This document shows, in pieces, positions 39,129 through 53,350 of a DNA stretch of 64,000 nt. The DNA is taken from the NCBI RefSeq assembly GCF_016433145.1, contig NC_058130.1, positions 544,677,913 through 544,741,912 on the forward strand. The letters run 5' to 3'. A model generated the notes under the pieces. That model was not told where the DNA came from, ran no database searches, and was given only the letters and a program-made list of their open reading frames with translations. Made by a program: the position numbers and the translations under genes. The first letter of the stretch is position 1, and every line of letters begins with the position of its first letter. This DNA is from Gracilinanus agilis. Its lineage: Eukaryota.

Positions 39129-40886
39129 AGGCATAGGGCCTTAGCAAACCCTATAAATTTTCCTTTTGTCATATAGTTCAAAACATGTAGTTTTTCACTT
39201 TAATTTATTTGGGGTTTTGTTTTGGGTTCTGGCTTTATATGATTTTTATCTTACAAAAATGACCACTATGAAAATAAGTTTTGCATGATAATACATGTAT
39301 AACCCAGATGGAATTGCTTGCCAGTTCTGGGAAGAGGTAGGAAAGGGAGGGAAGAAGGGAGACAATTTGGATCAAATAACTTCTGGAAACTTATATAGAA
39401 ATTTATTATATGTAATTGGTAAAATAAAATCTTTATAATAAAAACATTTAAAAAAAATTTTTCCTTTTGCCACTAGACCCATGGATGTTTCTCTATTGTG
39501 TGATTTTTTTTTTAAGTTTTGTATTCTGTTGTTAGGGAGTAGAGAAAATATTCTTGCTGTCTTCTGGCAGTGATCCAAGATTAAAAAAAAGAAAATTGGA
39601 GTCATCAAGGACCCAGGAGAGGGTGCCAGGGAACCATGTTTTCAAGTAAACGCATAAAGAAAATGTCATAGGGATAAAAGAATGTGTGGGCACAAGACAC
39701 CAACATACTAATTGTAACTAAATGAATCATTTCCCTTGCTTTCTTTTTTTTAAGCCTTTGCCTTCTCTTAAATGTGTGTGTCTATGCTTCTTTTTGTTCA
39801 ATCTTTTTCCCATTGTCCCTCTTACTAAAGATATCCTTCCCTCTGGGTCTCTGGAATGGTTAAACATCTATCCATTTCATTTAAAGCCTCAACAAAACAC
39901 TCAAATTTTAGACATGATATGCGTCATAATATTAAAACTACCAAGGTCCAAGTGAAGTATTGCCTAGTCTTAAGGACAAAAAGACAGCTATAAAAACAGA
40001 TGAGGTAATTAAAGAAGGAAATTTTTGGGAAGCTTCAAAATAATTTACCAGCCATTACTTCTAATTTGCAGTTAAGTTCTGTTCTTGGAAATTATGCTTA
40101 AAGGGGCAGCTAGTTAGCTCAGCGGATAGACAGCCAAGCCTAGAATGAAAAGTTCCTGGCTTCAAATGTGGTTTCAGACACTTCCTAGCTGTGTGATACC
40201 AGTTTTAAGATAGATGTTAAGGGTTTAAAAATAAAGAAATTATATTTAAAGAGAGAACAAGAACTAAAAAAAAAAGTGCCACAGGATAGGGAGTCATCTG
40301 AACTCCTGAAAGCTGTTTCCATTTTGCAACCAAATGAGAATTTGGAATTATTGCTTTGTATGGGAGGGTTTACGCACAAAAGCAGACACCATTTAGAGGA
40401 CGAACAAATTGATGCATACAGGCATACAGATTCCAGGTCAGGCAAATGCCCATAATTCCCAGTTGCCAAATCACCCTTCAAGGAATAGCAAGCCAACACT
40501 ACCCGTCATCTTGCTAAGAAAAGTCCCCAAAGAACTGGAGATTCCACTGGCAACTGTTAAGAATAAAATTCTCTGGAGGCTGTATCTAAAGGAGGCCAAA
40601 GAAAGAAAAGTGGCAGGCAATTCCCTTAGTAAGCCTCCTCCAAGAGCCAGAAGCCAGAAGGTCTATGCACACCTTCTCCCTCTGGATTCCCTGCAAAAAA
40701 AGCAACCAAACTCAAATTTATACTCTTAGTGATGTCCCTTTCCAAAGCTCCCCTGATTGGGGTACTCTGACCTCACTATGGGCAAGAGGAGGATCTTCAA
40801 GAGGCCAGCCACCAGGACACCTTTAGGATGGCAACAGACTGCACAGGTCAACCACTATCTTTTCTTTATTCCACTCTCTTAAGCAG

Positions 40887-40974
40887 TTTGTTTACAGGTA
40901 AACAACAGGCTTTGACTGTTCTTAATCCAGTCAGAGGATGGATTAAGCTGAAACTTAATTTAATCAGAGGGTAG
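40887..40974 (+). other. Candidate CLUL1 5' non-coding exon (start uncertain)
   Basis: Consensus donor TAG|GTAAGT at 40975-40980. Pyrimidine tract with AG at 40885-40886 or 40896-40897. The ATG exon has its own acceptor, so an upstream exon is required. No transcript evidence. Confidence 0.35.
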
Positions 40975-41118
40975 GTAAGTTGTCATTTCAAACTTACTAT
41001 CAAGACTCTCCCTTTTAAAAAATTCAAAGTTAATTGGGGAGTACCAAAGAAAAGGGTACAGGGTAGCATTAATTTTCACACTTCTGGGCAAATACCAATT
41101 ACTCTCTGGATTAATCCA
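40888..41118. promoter_or_regulatory. Cluster of forkhead and CRX/OTX-type (K50 homeodomain) motifs
   Basis: TTGTTTAC (40888-40895) and GTAAACAA (40898-40905) inverted pair; CTTAATCC (40921-40928) and GGATTAAG (40940-40947) inverted pair; TAATCAG (40961-40967); TGGATTAATCCA palindrome (41107-41118). Non-repetitive context upstream of a photoreceptor gene. Confidence 0.55.
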
Positions 41119-42927
41119 AACCTGTATATAGGCAACATGAATACTTTTCAAATTAGAAGGATCTGAAAATCTCTTAGTCAAATATCTGTTTTAACCCAAC
41201 TTGCTCAGTCATGGGTTTAAGAGATTTCCAGCCAAATAATTCATGAATAATTAATACGATAAAATAACAACAAAGTTAAGAAGAATTTTTAAAGAAACAG
41301 ACCCCGTGCTAAGTATACAAATACAAATAAAGACAAAAAATAGTCCCTACTTTCAAGAAGCTCCCAGTTTAATGGGAAGCATATTTCAATAACATATAAA
41401 CAGCAATATACAAATAAAATATAGACAAAGTACATTCAGCAAATCTCAAAGAGAAGAGGTAAGACTAAGGAGGATTAGAAAAGGCTTCTTATAGAAGGTG
41501 GGACTTCACTGAGACTTAAAGGAAACCAGGAACAGGAACAGTGGCTCAGTGGATTGAGAGCCAGGGCTAGAGAAAGGAGGTCCTGGGTTCAAATTTGACC
41601 TTAGATATTTCCTAGCTATGTAACTCTGACCAAGTCACCTAACTCCCATTACCTAGCCCTTAATACTCTTCTTCCTTGGAAACAATACACAGGATTGAAT
41701 CTAAGATGGAAAGTAAGGGTTATTTTTTAAAAAGAAGAAGCCAGGCAGTGGAGATGAGCCGGGAAAAATTCCAAGCAGAGGAACAATCAGAGAAAATGAC
41801 CAGAATAGGAAATGGAGAGCCTTGGTCAAAGAATAGCAAGAAGACAATTGTTCCTGAACCTCAAAGTACATTGAGGTGGAATTAGAGTGAAGTAAAAGAT
41901 TAGAAAAGTAGGAAGGACACAGTTAGAGAATAGGATTTGATCCTTGGTCCTGGAGCTGATAGGAAGTCACTGGAATTAACTGAATAAGGGAATGAAATGT
42001 TCACTTGCAAAGCAAGTATTTATTAAGTACCTTCTATGGGCAGAGAGCACTGTGCTAGGTACTGAGATCATAGGATAATAGATTTAGAGCTAGAAGAGAG
42101 TTTAAAGGTCACCTAGGATATTTTATAGATAAGGAAACAAATATCTAGAAAGCCTAAGTACTTTGTTAAAAGATCACACAGCTAATGTCATTGTCAGAAT
42201 TTGAATCCAGCTCCCATGATGCTAAATCTCTCATTCTTTTCATTTTTCCATAGTGCTTCAGGAAGGTGCTCAATATCTGTATACTTTAGAGCAGGAACAA
42301 GAATTCTTAACATGAGGTCTATAAATATTTTACTTTTAAAATATTTTAATAATAACTTTCAAATATTTTAATATTCTATGAATATGGATACCTTAATTAT
42401 TTATTTAATGGTGTTTTAATAACTAATATTTTATTTTATATTTTATGAACTAAAAAAATGTTTGAATTAATGTTAAAAATAAATAAATAAAAATTTTCAT
42501 TTAAATGCCTATTATGTGTCAGGTATAGTGCTAAGTATTGAACAGACAAAGAGGTTAAAAATCAATCCCTGACCCAAATAATAAACATTCAAATAGGGGA
42601 GATGATATGAAAGTTGCCTAAGTATATAGAGGATATATGCATAGTAGAGGAAGATAATCTAAAAGGAACAGACATTAGAATCTGGAGGGACTAAGAAAGA
42701 AATTTCACATATCCATAAATGATTGTTACATATGTATGATAGACAATTAATTGAGAAAGGCTTTTAAGACTATATTTTGCTTTACTGATTCAAATGCCTT
42801 TTTGCAATCAGCAGATAGATGTGGCATATTCTTATATCCTTTTCTGTCAATGCACTGTGAAAAAATGGTCAGCTGAGAAAGCCTGTTCCTTCTCTTGATC
42901 TGTTTTCATCCAAGATACTCTTGTTTA

Positions 42928-43113
42928 GGGGCAGCTGGGTAGCTCAGTGGAGTGAGAGTCAGGCCTAGAGACAGGAGGTCCTAGGTTCAAACCCGGCCTC
43001 AGCCACTTCCCAGCTGTGTGACCCTGGGCAAGTCACTTGACCCCCATTGCCTACCCTTACCAATCTTCCACCTATGAGACAATACACCGAAGTACAAGGG
43101 TTTAAAAAAAAAA
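42928..43113 (+). mobile_element. Very young short-type SINE1 (Monodelphis-like), 16-bp TSD
   Basis: Perfect TSD AAGATACTCTTGTTTA at 42912-42927 and 43114-43129; intact A tail and CpGs. Confidence 0.92.
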
Positions 43114-44744
43114 AAGATACTCTTGTTTATATATGCATTGACTAGTCTCATAAAGGTTTTGAATAGATGAAAAGGTGAGTTTTGGGTTGGAAATTGGCAA
43201 TTTTTTTTATTGCTTTCTGGGGACTACAATCTTTTCCATTCTTTCAAAATTTTCCCCTTTTAGACATCTCTAGAAATCAACCTTATTACCCTTTAAATTT
43301 ATATTTAAAGCATAAATTTTTTTCTACTTAAATCCAGCAGCTCTTTCTGACTTAAGGCTTTTAAGAATCCTTCCCATTTCCTCAAAGGACATAAGATACT
43401 AAGATGGTAGAACCCAAATATGATGGTTCCACTACTTACATTGATAAAAAACAAACTACTATAATACTGTCCATAGATGTCTTCCACCTGACATGTTCAT
43501 TCTCTTCCAAGTTTGAACTATGAATGTTGTTAGGATAACCTGGTTTAGCTGGATCTCCTGCCAAACTCTCTACAAGCTTCTCAATTGCTCTTCACTATTT
43601 AGTGAGCTGATACTTCTTAGTCTTCCATCCTCACCTTCTTCCTTCATAATGTTTTTCAAATCAATTTGTGTCACAGCCATGGATTATTATTTATTTCACC
43701 ACTATTGTGGTGAATGTTTTATATCAGTTCAGAATCAGGTTTTAAGAAATAATGATTGAGACAATATCATTTTGTTAAGTTCTACTTTTTTATAGTCAAC
43801 AATTTCTTGACACAGAAAGGGTTGAAACTACTATACCACAGATATCTGTCCACTTTAACCTTCTACATTAGTATTATTTTTATTTTTTTACATTTTAATC
43901 ACTTTATTCGCATAATTCAAAATTACTTTCCAAAATAGTTATACTAATTCATGAACCACCAACAATGCCTTAGTGTGCCTATCATTTCACCATCCTTACA
44001 ATAAGGAGTATTGCTATCTTGTTTTCCAAAGTTATATGATCCAACTTGTCTCCTTCCCTCCCCTTTTTCCCCCCTCTAGGAGCTGGCAAGCAATTCAAAC
44101 TGGGTTATACATGTATTATCATGCAAAACATTTCCATATTATTCATTTTTGTAAGAGAATAATCTTATAAAATCATAACTCCAAAACAAAAACTCAAGTA
44201 AACAAGTGAAAAATTGAATGCTTTCATTTGCATTCCAACTCCAACAATTCTTTCTCTGGAGATTAATAGCATTCTTTCTCATAAGTCCCTTAGAATTGTC
44301 CTGGATCATTGTATCACTGGGAGTAGCTAAGTCTATTCCATTTGATTATTCCACAATATTGCTGCTACTGTGTATAATGTTCTCCTGGTTCTGCTTATTT
44401 TACTCTGCATCAATTCATGTAGGTCTTTCTAGCTCTTTCTAAAATCATCCGGGTCATAATTTCTCACTATTATAGACCAACAATTTGTTTAGCCACTCCC
44501 CAATTGATGGATATCCCCTCAGTTTCCAATTCTTTGTCACCACAAAAAGAGCAGCTTATAAATAGCTTTGTACAAGTATGTCTTTTCCCTGCCTTGATTA
44601 AAACCTCTTTGAGATACAGACCTAATAGTGGATCATAGGGTATGCACAGTTTTATAGCCCTTTGGGTATAGTTCTAAATTGTCCTCCAGAATGGTTGGAT
44701 CAGTTAAAAAATCCATCAGCAATGCAGTAGTAACCCGTTTTTTT

Positions 44745-46945
44745 TTTTAATTTATTTACTTAATTAGTTAAATTGGAATATTTTTCCATGGTTACATGAT
44801 TAATATTTTTTCCCTCTCCTCTCTCCTCCTTCCCGGAGCTGACAAGCAATTCCCCTGGGTTTTACATGTATGATTGTTCAAAACTTATTTCCATATTATT
44901 CATATTTGCAAAAGAGTGATCATTTAAAGTCAACATCCCCAGTCATATACCTATCAAACCATGTGATCAATCATGTGTTTTTCTCCTGTGTTTCTACTGC
45001 CATACTTCTTTCTCTGGATGTGGAGAGCGTTCTTTCTCATAAGTCTCTCAGAATTGTCCTGGATCATTGCATTGCTGCTAGTAGAGAAGTCTATTACATT
45101 CGATTTTACCACAGTGTATCAGTCTCTGTGTATAATGTCCTACTGGTTCTGCTCCTTTCACTCTGCATCAATTCTTGGAGGTCGTTCCAGTTCACATGGA
45201 ATTCCTCCAGTTTGTTATTTTCAGCACAATAGTATTCTATCACCTTCAGATACCGCAATTTGTTCAACTGTTCCCTAATCAATGGACACCCCCTCATTTT
45301 CCAGTTTTTGCCACTACAAAGAACATAACTATAAATATTTTCGTACTCATATTTTTTCCACTATTATCTCTTTGGAGTATAAACCCAGCAATGGTATAGC
45401 TAGATCAAAGGGCAGGCTTTCTTTTGAAGCCTTTTGGGCATAATTACAAATTGCCTTCCAGAAAGGTTGGATCAATTCACAACTCTACCAGCAATGTATT
45501 AGTATCCTAATTTTGCCACACCCTCTCCAACATTTATTACTTTCCTTTGCTGTCATATTGGTCAATCTGCTAGGTGTGAGGTGGTACCTCAGAGTTGTTT
45601 TAATTTGTAGTTCTCTAATCAAGAAGGATTTAGAACATTTCTTTTCATATGGTTATTGATAGCTTTGATTTCATCTGAAAACTGCTTATTTATATCCTTT
45701 AACCATTCATCAAATGGGGAATGACTTATAAATTTCACTTAATTCTTCATATAGTTGAGAAATGAGACTTTTATCAGAGAAATCAATTATAAAAAATTTT
45801 TCCCCAGTTTGTTGCTTCCCTTCTAATCTTAGTTACATTTGGTTTTGTTTGTACAAAACTTTTTAAATTAATACAGTCAAAATTATTCATTTTCTATCTT
45901 GTTGTGTTTTCTATCTCTTGTTTGGCAATAAATTCTTCCCTTTTCCATAGATCTGACAGGAAAACTATCTTATGTCCCCCTAATCTGCTTATAATATCAC
46001 CTTTTATGTCTAAATCATATATCCATTTTGACCTTTTCTTGGTATAGGAGATGAGATATTGGTCTATACCTAATTTTTGCCATGCTGTTTTCCAGTTTTA
46101 CCAGAAGTTTTTATCAAATACTGAGTTCTTATCCCAAAAGCTGGAATCTTTGGGTTTATCAAACACTAGATTGCTAAGGTCATTTACCCCTAATCTATTC
46201 CATTGATCTTCCATTCTATTTCTTAGTCAGTATCAGATCATTTTGATTATTATGTTTTATAGTACAGTATTAGATTTGATACTTTTAGGAGACTGTCCTT
46301 CACACTTTTTTTTTCACTAATTCCTTTGATATTCTTGATCTTTTGTTCTTCCAGATGAATTTTATCATTATTTTTTCTAGTTCTATCAAATGTTTTTTTG
46401 GTAGTTTGATTGATATAGCACTGAATAAGTAAATTAATTTAGGTAAGATTGTCATTTTTATTATATTAGCTAGGCCTACCCATGAGCAATTAGTGTTTTT
46501 CCCAATTATTTAGATCTGACTTTCTTTGTGTGAAAAGTGTTTTGTACTTGTGTTCATATAATTCCACATTTGTCTTGGCAAAAAGATTCCCAAGTATTTT
46601 ATATTGTCTGGAGTGATTTTAAATGGAATTTCTCTTTCTAACTCTTGCTGATGGACTTTGTTGGAAATACATAGAAATGCTGATGATTTATGTGGGTTTA
46701 TTTTGTATTCTGCAGCTTTGTTAAAGTTATTAATTATTTCAACTAGTTTTTTAGTTGATTCTCTATGATTCTCTAAGTACATCATCTGCAAAGTGTAATA
46801 GTTTAGTTTCCTTGTTGCCTACTTTAACTTCTTCAATTTCTTTTCTTCTCTTAATGCTAACATTTCTAGTACAATATTAAATAATAGTGGTGATAATGAG
46901 CATCCTTGTTTCACTCCTGATATTATTGGGAAGGCTTCTAATAAT
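44745..46945 (-). mobile_element. L1 3' portion (3' UTR + ORF2 fragments with internal deletions)
   Basis: Minus-strand ORF fragments YLENHRESTKKLVEIINNF...YKINPHKSSAFL...IKYLG and [28 protein letters not shown] are L1 ORF2 reverse transcriptase; poly-T at ~44738. Older L1 3' ends lie next to it at ~43930-44720. Confidence 0.9.
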
Positions 46946-47118
46946 ATGATTTTAAATATTTGTTTTCTGATATTTTGCAATCTGTGTTCTCTCCCTCTCT
47001 CCCACCCTTCCCTTTCCCCAAGAAGGTAGATAATATAATATAGGTTGTACATATATTATCATATAATACATATTTCTATGTCTGTCATGTTGTGAAACAA
47101 AACATATTATACAAGAGA

Positions 47119-47910
47119 TGTGAAGGGTGAATCAAACTCTCTTTGCCTATCAATCAGTAACTTTTAAGTTAATCAATCAAAAACAAAAGTACCCCTGTTT
47201 AGTACCTTACCCATTCACTAAGTATGAGAGTTCACAAGTCACTTGCTAGAGTGGATAACAACTCCAGAGGCCACTGCCCACCCCTTGAGCAGTGCTAGGC
47301 AAATTGAAAGATTGTGATCGGTTCCCATAAAGTGGAAGAATGACAGGAAGTGACATGGAGAAAACTGTTTTAAAAAGCCAGCTCAAGGATTCAGTTAGCC
47401 TCTGTGAGCCAGACTGGAAGAGGAGACTTTTTTCCTGGATCCTGCATCAGCTAGCAGTGGAGAGTAAAGTGATTCTTTCCTTCCTTGGTTCTTTGGTGAT
47501 AAGACCCTCTCTGCTCATTGGTGCTTTTGTGGGATACTCTCTTCACCATGAGTTCTGGTAAGATTCTTGGAGTTCTTAGCCTCATGTGCACTGAAGGTTC
47601 TCGGTGGATTCTTCAGCATCTCTGGCTCTTCGGATTTTGGCTTCCTAATTAGGACTTTGGATTCTGGTGAGATTTGCTTTCAGATTCACATTCGAGGTCT
47701 GGAGACATTAAGATTAAACTTAGGGTATTTGTAGCTAGGTAGTACTTTCTGTCTCTTTATCTACATTTTTCCACTTTCATTCTTTCTACCTCTGTAAATA
47801 AAGCTGCTAAAAGTAATTTTGACTTAAACTGTAATATTTTTAAATCAGCAACCACAATATTACTTTAGAATTCTCATATTTAGCATAAAACCTAAATTTA
47901 AATTCTTACA
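47119..47910 (+). mobile_element. Solo LTR inserted into an L1 3' UTR
   Basis: TGTGAAGGG...TTCTTACA ends; AATAAA ~47797-47802; flanks GAGA/GAAA (4-bp TSD, one mismatch); L1-like sequence resumes after it. Confidence 0.7.
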
Positions 47911-50371
47911 GAAAAAAATTCATGGAGGAAATAAAGTGAAAAATGAAATGTTTCAACTGCATTCAGACTCCATCAGTTCCTTCTGTGGTGGTAGAGAGCC
48001 TTTTTCATCACGAGTCCCTTGGAGTTGTCCTGGATCTTCATCTTGCTGATAACAATTTAGTCATTGACAGTTGATCATCAGACATTATTGTTATTTTATA
48101 CAATGTTCTGGTTCTGCTCACCTCACTTTGCATCTAAATTTGTATTTTTTTAGCTTTTACTTTCTGAGTAACAACTTTAGGACAGGATGGCAAGGGCTAG
48201 ACAATTGGGGTTCATTGACTTCCCTGGGGTCACAGAAAACTAGGAAATATCTTAGGCTAGATTTGAATCCAGTTCCTTCCAACTCCAGACCTGGCACTCA
48301 ATCCACTATGCAACCCAGCTGACCCAATAGTATTGGTTTTGTTATCTCCAATCAATGATCTCATTGCACATACTTAGAAATGACCAGTTACTTCCTACTC
48401 ATTCAGATATGTATAACTGTACAAATAATTAATAGCCAATTATTTTCTATTTGCATTAGCAACGGTGACAGAGAAGTCAACTCTATATCTATTCCATTAG
48501 TATCTATGTTGTTACAAAAATAAAATAAAATAAAATATTAGGAAACCCTGCCCAACACATTGGCGAACTCCATTGAGTGAATTTAAAGGACAACATGGCC
48601 AAGAGTTACACAAGACAGGTAGAAATTGGTGGTTTGTACTCTATGTTGTTAGACAGAGCACTTCCATCAAGGACACCAAAAATCCAGTGGAGAATGGAGT
48701 CAATTTATTGTTTTGTGATATCGTTTGGTGCCTACCCAACCCAATACCTTGATTCTATTCATGAAAAAAAAAAAAAAAAAAGAATTGTAACAGACACCTG
48801 TGAACTCTGCAAGCCATTTACCTTTTAATACCTTGGTTCTGAGCTATATTTTCCAAAAACAAATTTTGTCTTACTCCCTTGTGTCTGTCTTCTCTTGGAA
48901 ATTATGAAGTATGAATATATAAGAAGCTAAATTTTTTAGGTTCTTCATACAATTTATTTTAACTGTGGACCACATGCCAGAATGTTTTTATTATTACATA
49001 AATATTTAAGACCTCAAATTAATCAACATGTATTTTCTTAAACAATATAGAAATGGCTCAAAATGGTTTATAGAAATAGCGAAATATGTCTGAAGTGTGA
49101 CATGACAAATGTCTTTGGTCCCATCGGTTTGTGCAATACTCCACCTAGTGTTTACTTTTGGGCTCTGAAAGGTTTTAGTACATAGACCAGCAAGAAGCTG
49201 TCTAACACAAAACATTGCTTTAATGAGATTAGGAACCTTGTCATCAGATAAAGAGAACAGTGCTAAATCCTAGGCACAGAAGAAAATTAGATCAAAGCAA
49301 AGTGGGATTCTTTCCTACCACTGAGAAGCAACTTTACAAGAGAAAAATTTCAAAGTTACTGGTAAATATGTATAATATATGTATTTTAAGTTTACTTTAG
49401 TAGCTGCTCCTAATTTATTATAAAAATTAGTTGAATATGTACTCTTGATTGAAAAATAAGCTTTGTATTTTACATATATTCACATATTATATGGAATAAT
49501 TTATACGAATGTATAACCAGATTTAATATCATTTAGATACACTATCAAAAAAGCAAAAGCATTCAAGATTTTATAACCTAAATTTATTCTCTTGAATGGA
49601 GCTTCAAAGACATTATGAAGGTACTTATGATTTTCAACTTTCTTCCTTGGGTTTCTACCTATAGAATGTTATCTCAGTGGGGAGAAGGATTAAGCTTCAA
49701 TGGCCCTACTTATTAATAATAATTAATGTTTGAATGAGTGTATGCATAGATATATTATCGATCGAGGAATATTGATTCACCTACATTCCTCAGGGTGAGA
49801 AAGGAAAGCCCAAGCATTTGTCTGCAAACTTCTAAGAACCATATCCTTATACACATAATAAGAAAAGGTCATAGAAACTAGAAACCAAACATTATGGAAA
49901 AGCATGAAGGTAGTTAAAGTTTTTTTGGTCCTGTCACATATGGTCTTATTAACACATAAGGTATTTTGTTGTTGTTATTTTTAAAGAGGGAAAATTATAA
50001 ATAGCTCTTTCTGCTTATATTACAATAAGTAAATTAGAGAAATCTCCATATGAAACCAATTTGAAAAATTAACATTTTGGAAAGGCATTTTTATGGCTAC
50101 ATTTCCACTTTGTCATTGACTGGTGATTCTCCAGATAGTGTCCTCCTAAAGCCATCTGCCTGAAAGCTGATGCAATTACCTTTGACTTTTGACTTCAATT
50201 TTAGTCTTTTTCAATGCTCCAAAGAGAAGCATTAAAACTAGTAAATATATGTAGTCTCAGCTCAAAAAGTGAAAACGGTCGACTTTCCATAGAAACATGT
50301 TTTAGAGTAACAGATGTTTCCATTCGATACTGAACTGAAAATAACAACCTAACGGCTAGCACTTAATGTAG

Positions 50372-50563
<192 letters not shown>

Positions 50564-51988
50564 TAGGGCTCACAGTTAAGAGATAACAGCTTTCATTGCA
50601 GCCCTCTAGTTTCATGGTGTTGTAAAACTTTCTCTAGGCCTGATTGATATTAAACATAGAGGCTGCAGGGACATGATGCCAAACATCTGGACAGAAATGG
50701 AAAAATTCAGCCAATTATCTGAATACTTCTACATAGCCAGCTGGTTGGTATTGTAGAGATAAAACCAGACCATTTTTGGACAGGATTTCCACTATCATCC
50801 AGATGTTTAGTGTCACATAGATATGGACTAATGAAGAGTGAAATGATATTCCAGCTTAAAAAAAAAGTAATGAAGATCATCTTTTCAGTTATTCTTACAA
50901 TGTGGAAAAGTAAATAATAAAAATATTGCATCAAGCTGTTCTATAATTATTTAACTGATTTCTCATTTTAAGAATTAAATATGATCTTTCCTTGAGAATG
51001 GGTACTTAAATTTTGACAATTAAGTTTGCTGAAACAAATTACAAAATGCTTTGAGGATTTATAATTACTTTTTAAAAAATGCCTTACATTCCATGTTAGA
51101 ATCAATATTAAGTATCCGTTACAAGGCAGGAAAGCAGTAAGGGCTAGGCAATGGGGGTTTAGTGACTTGCCTGGGGTTATACAGCTAGGAAGTGTCTGAG
51201 GACAGATTTGAATGCAGGAACTCCTGTCCCTAGTCCTGGCTCTCAATCCACTGAGCCATTAAGATGGGCTCTATCTGTAATTACTTTTTAAAAATCAAAT
51301 TTACTTACGTCAAGAAGAAGGGATACCAAATGAAGAATTCTAGACCTATTAAATCAATTCCTCATTAAAGAAGAAACCATGAATTCAAAGAAGTAGATTA
51401 AAGAAACTCATTCATTGCAGCGTGTTTGTTCAGAACCATAAATAAGGTAGGGTGACTGGGCCTTTACTAAATTTAAAGAGTGTTTGGGAAAGCACCAATG
51501 CACTGTACCCGTGGTGGTGTACAAGAGTATTACACCCCAGGTGAGTTTAATTCTCTCATTCCCAGCTACCCAGCATGGCCCAGGTGCAGAAATGTCTAGA
51601 CGTAGCTTTTTGTCAGATGCTTCCTTGAAGGTTTGTGAACAAAAGCTAGGGTTTGGGGAGGTTATAGACCTATCTTCAGGGTCCTGGTTGTATACATTCA
51701 ACTTATTGCTTTTTTAAAAAAAAAATATGGCAAATCTTGACTCTCAAACTCGAAAACACATTGAATAAATAAAAATAGGTCACTGATGCAAGTGACAAGA
51801 ATGAGGTCAAATTAACTACAGCACACTGAGGAGCGCGCAACACATGAACAGAAGGTATTGTCAGGGTGGCAGCTTACTGCTGATTCATTATGAAAGGCTT
51901 CCAAAGTCAGATGCTATAAAAGAGCAATTAAGACTCTATTTAAGGGAATGAAAAATTGGTGAACTGGTTTTGCAATGTACTTGTGTAA

Positions 51989-52207
<219 letters not shown>

Positions 52208-53264
52208 TAAACATGCCAAGGAAATCATCAGTGATGGTTTTAGTCCAGTTGAGTAATCATTCCCTCAGGCATTCATAAACTGACATTCATTTTTGGTTAC
52301 ATCAAGTTTAAGCTTCCCAAATAGGCATTTACTGTATTTGTTATGCAGAGATGATATCACTGGTCAGTAAACACCCTGCTGGAAAGGGAAAGAGTCCAAG
52401 GGTATTTGTTCCACACCTGCTCTTCCTGGGACAGCGTTTTCTTCTCATCACCAGCCGCACCATATCTGACCAAAGCAGCAACCTAACAAATTCTCTCTGC
52501 TCTGAAATCTTATATTCAGGTTAGGTGGAGAAGGGTTTATCTCAATGATCACCTCCATGCTCTCTCCCTAACAGGAGAAAACTCTGTCCCTTTCCTCCAA
52601 GCGCTCACCCAAGAAATCAATTGATGATTTATCTGAGATTTCCAAATGCGTTCATCTCAAAGACATAAATGTCTTAGTAAATCTCCAATGTGGCTGCTGA
52701 CCCCATAATTCCCTCTCTCACTACAGGCTCCCAAGGATTCCTAGAGGAGATCTATCTCCTCACTCTGACAGTGATCAGATTTGGATGAATAGTGGAGTAG
52801 TGAATTGGGTACTAGGGATGGATTCAGGCTGACCTAATTTTAAACTTCAACTCCAACATTTACTATGTGTGTATGCTGGAACCATGGGCAAGTCACTCTC
52901 CAAACCTCAGTTTCCTCATCTGTACAATGAGGACAATAATACCTGCTGTTATGTACCTCATGGAATTGACATGAGGCTTAAATTAATTTATTTATATAAA
53001 ACAGTTTGCAAACTTTAAAGCGTTTCATAAATATTGAGTTATTCTCTGGCGACCTTCTTAGACTATAATCTGGTAATAATATAGCTCATAAATGATTACA
53101 GTTAACCCCAAACACACAAAAGGCTCAAATGCCAGAGCACTTCTATGACACAAAGTTCTATGAAATTTTTGCTTTGAACAAAAAAGAAGAAAGTTTATCA
53201 AACTTTAGGCTGGCTTCTATTCCTAGCAATATTCTAACACATTGCTAATGGATTTTTTTGTTAG

Positions 53265-53350
53265 CTTCTCAAAAGAGAAGTGGTGATCACTAGGAATTAA
53301 TATGGGTTCATCAAGAACAAGGCTTGTCAGAGTATTATTAATTTCCTTTT
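53265..53350 (+). mobile_element. CR1/L3 reverse-transcriptase fragment
   Basis: gtggtgatcactaggaattaatatgggttcatcaagaacaaggcttgtcag resembles CR1 RT sequence. Confidence 0.55.

Noticed and set aside
40409-40729. 106-aa plus-strand ORF upstream of the CRX module
   Set aside because: TTG start, no recognisable homology in any frame, no splice signals linking it to CLUL1.
42928-43000. tRNA-like A/B boxes in SINE heads
   Set aside because: SINE internal promoters, not tRNA genes; no acceptor-stem pairing.
44218-45399. Several hydrophobic Cys-rich ORFs (74-120 aa)
   Set aside because: Antisense readings of L1 3' UTR sequence; the same text recurs in each L1 copy.
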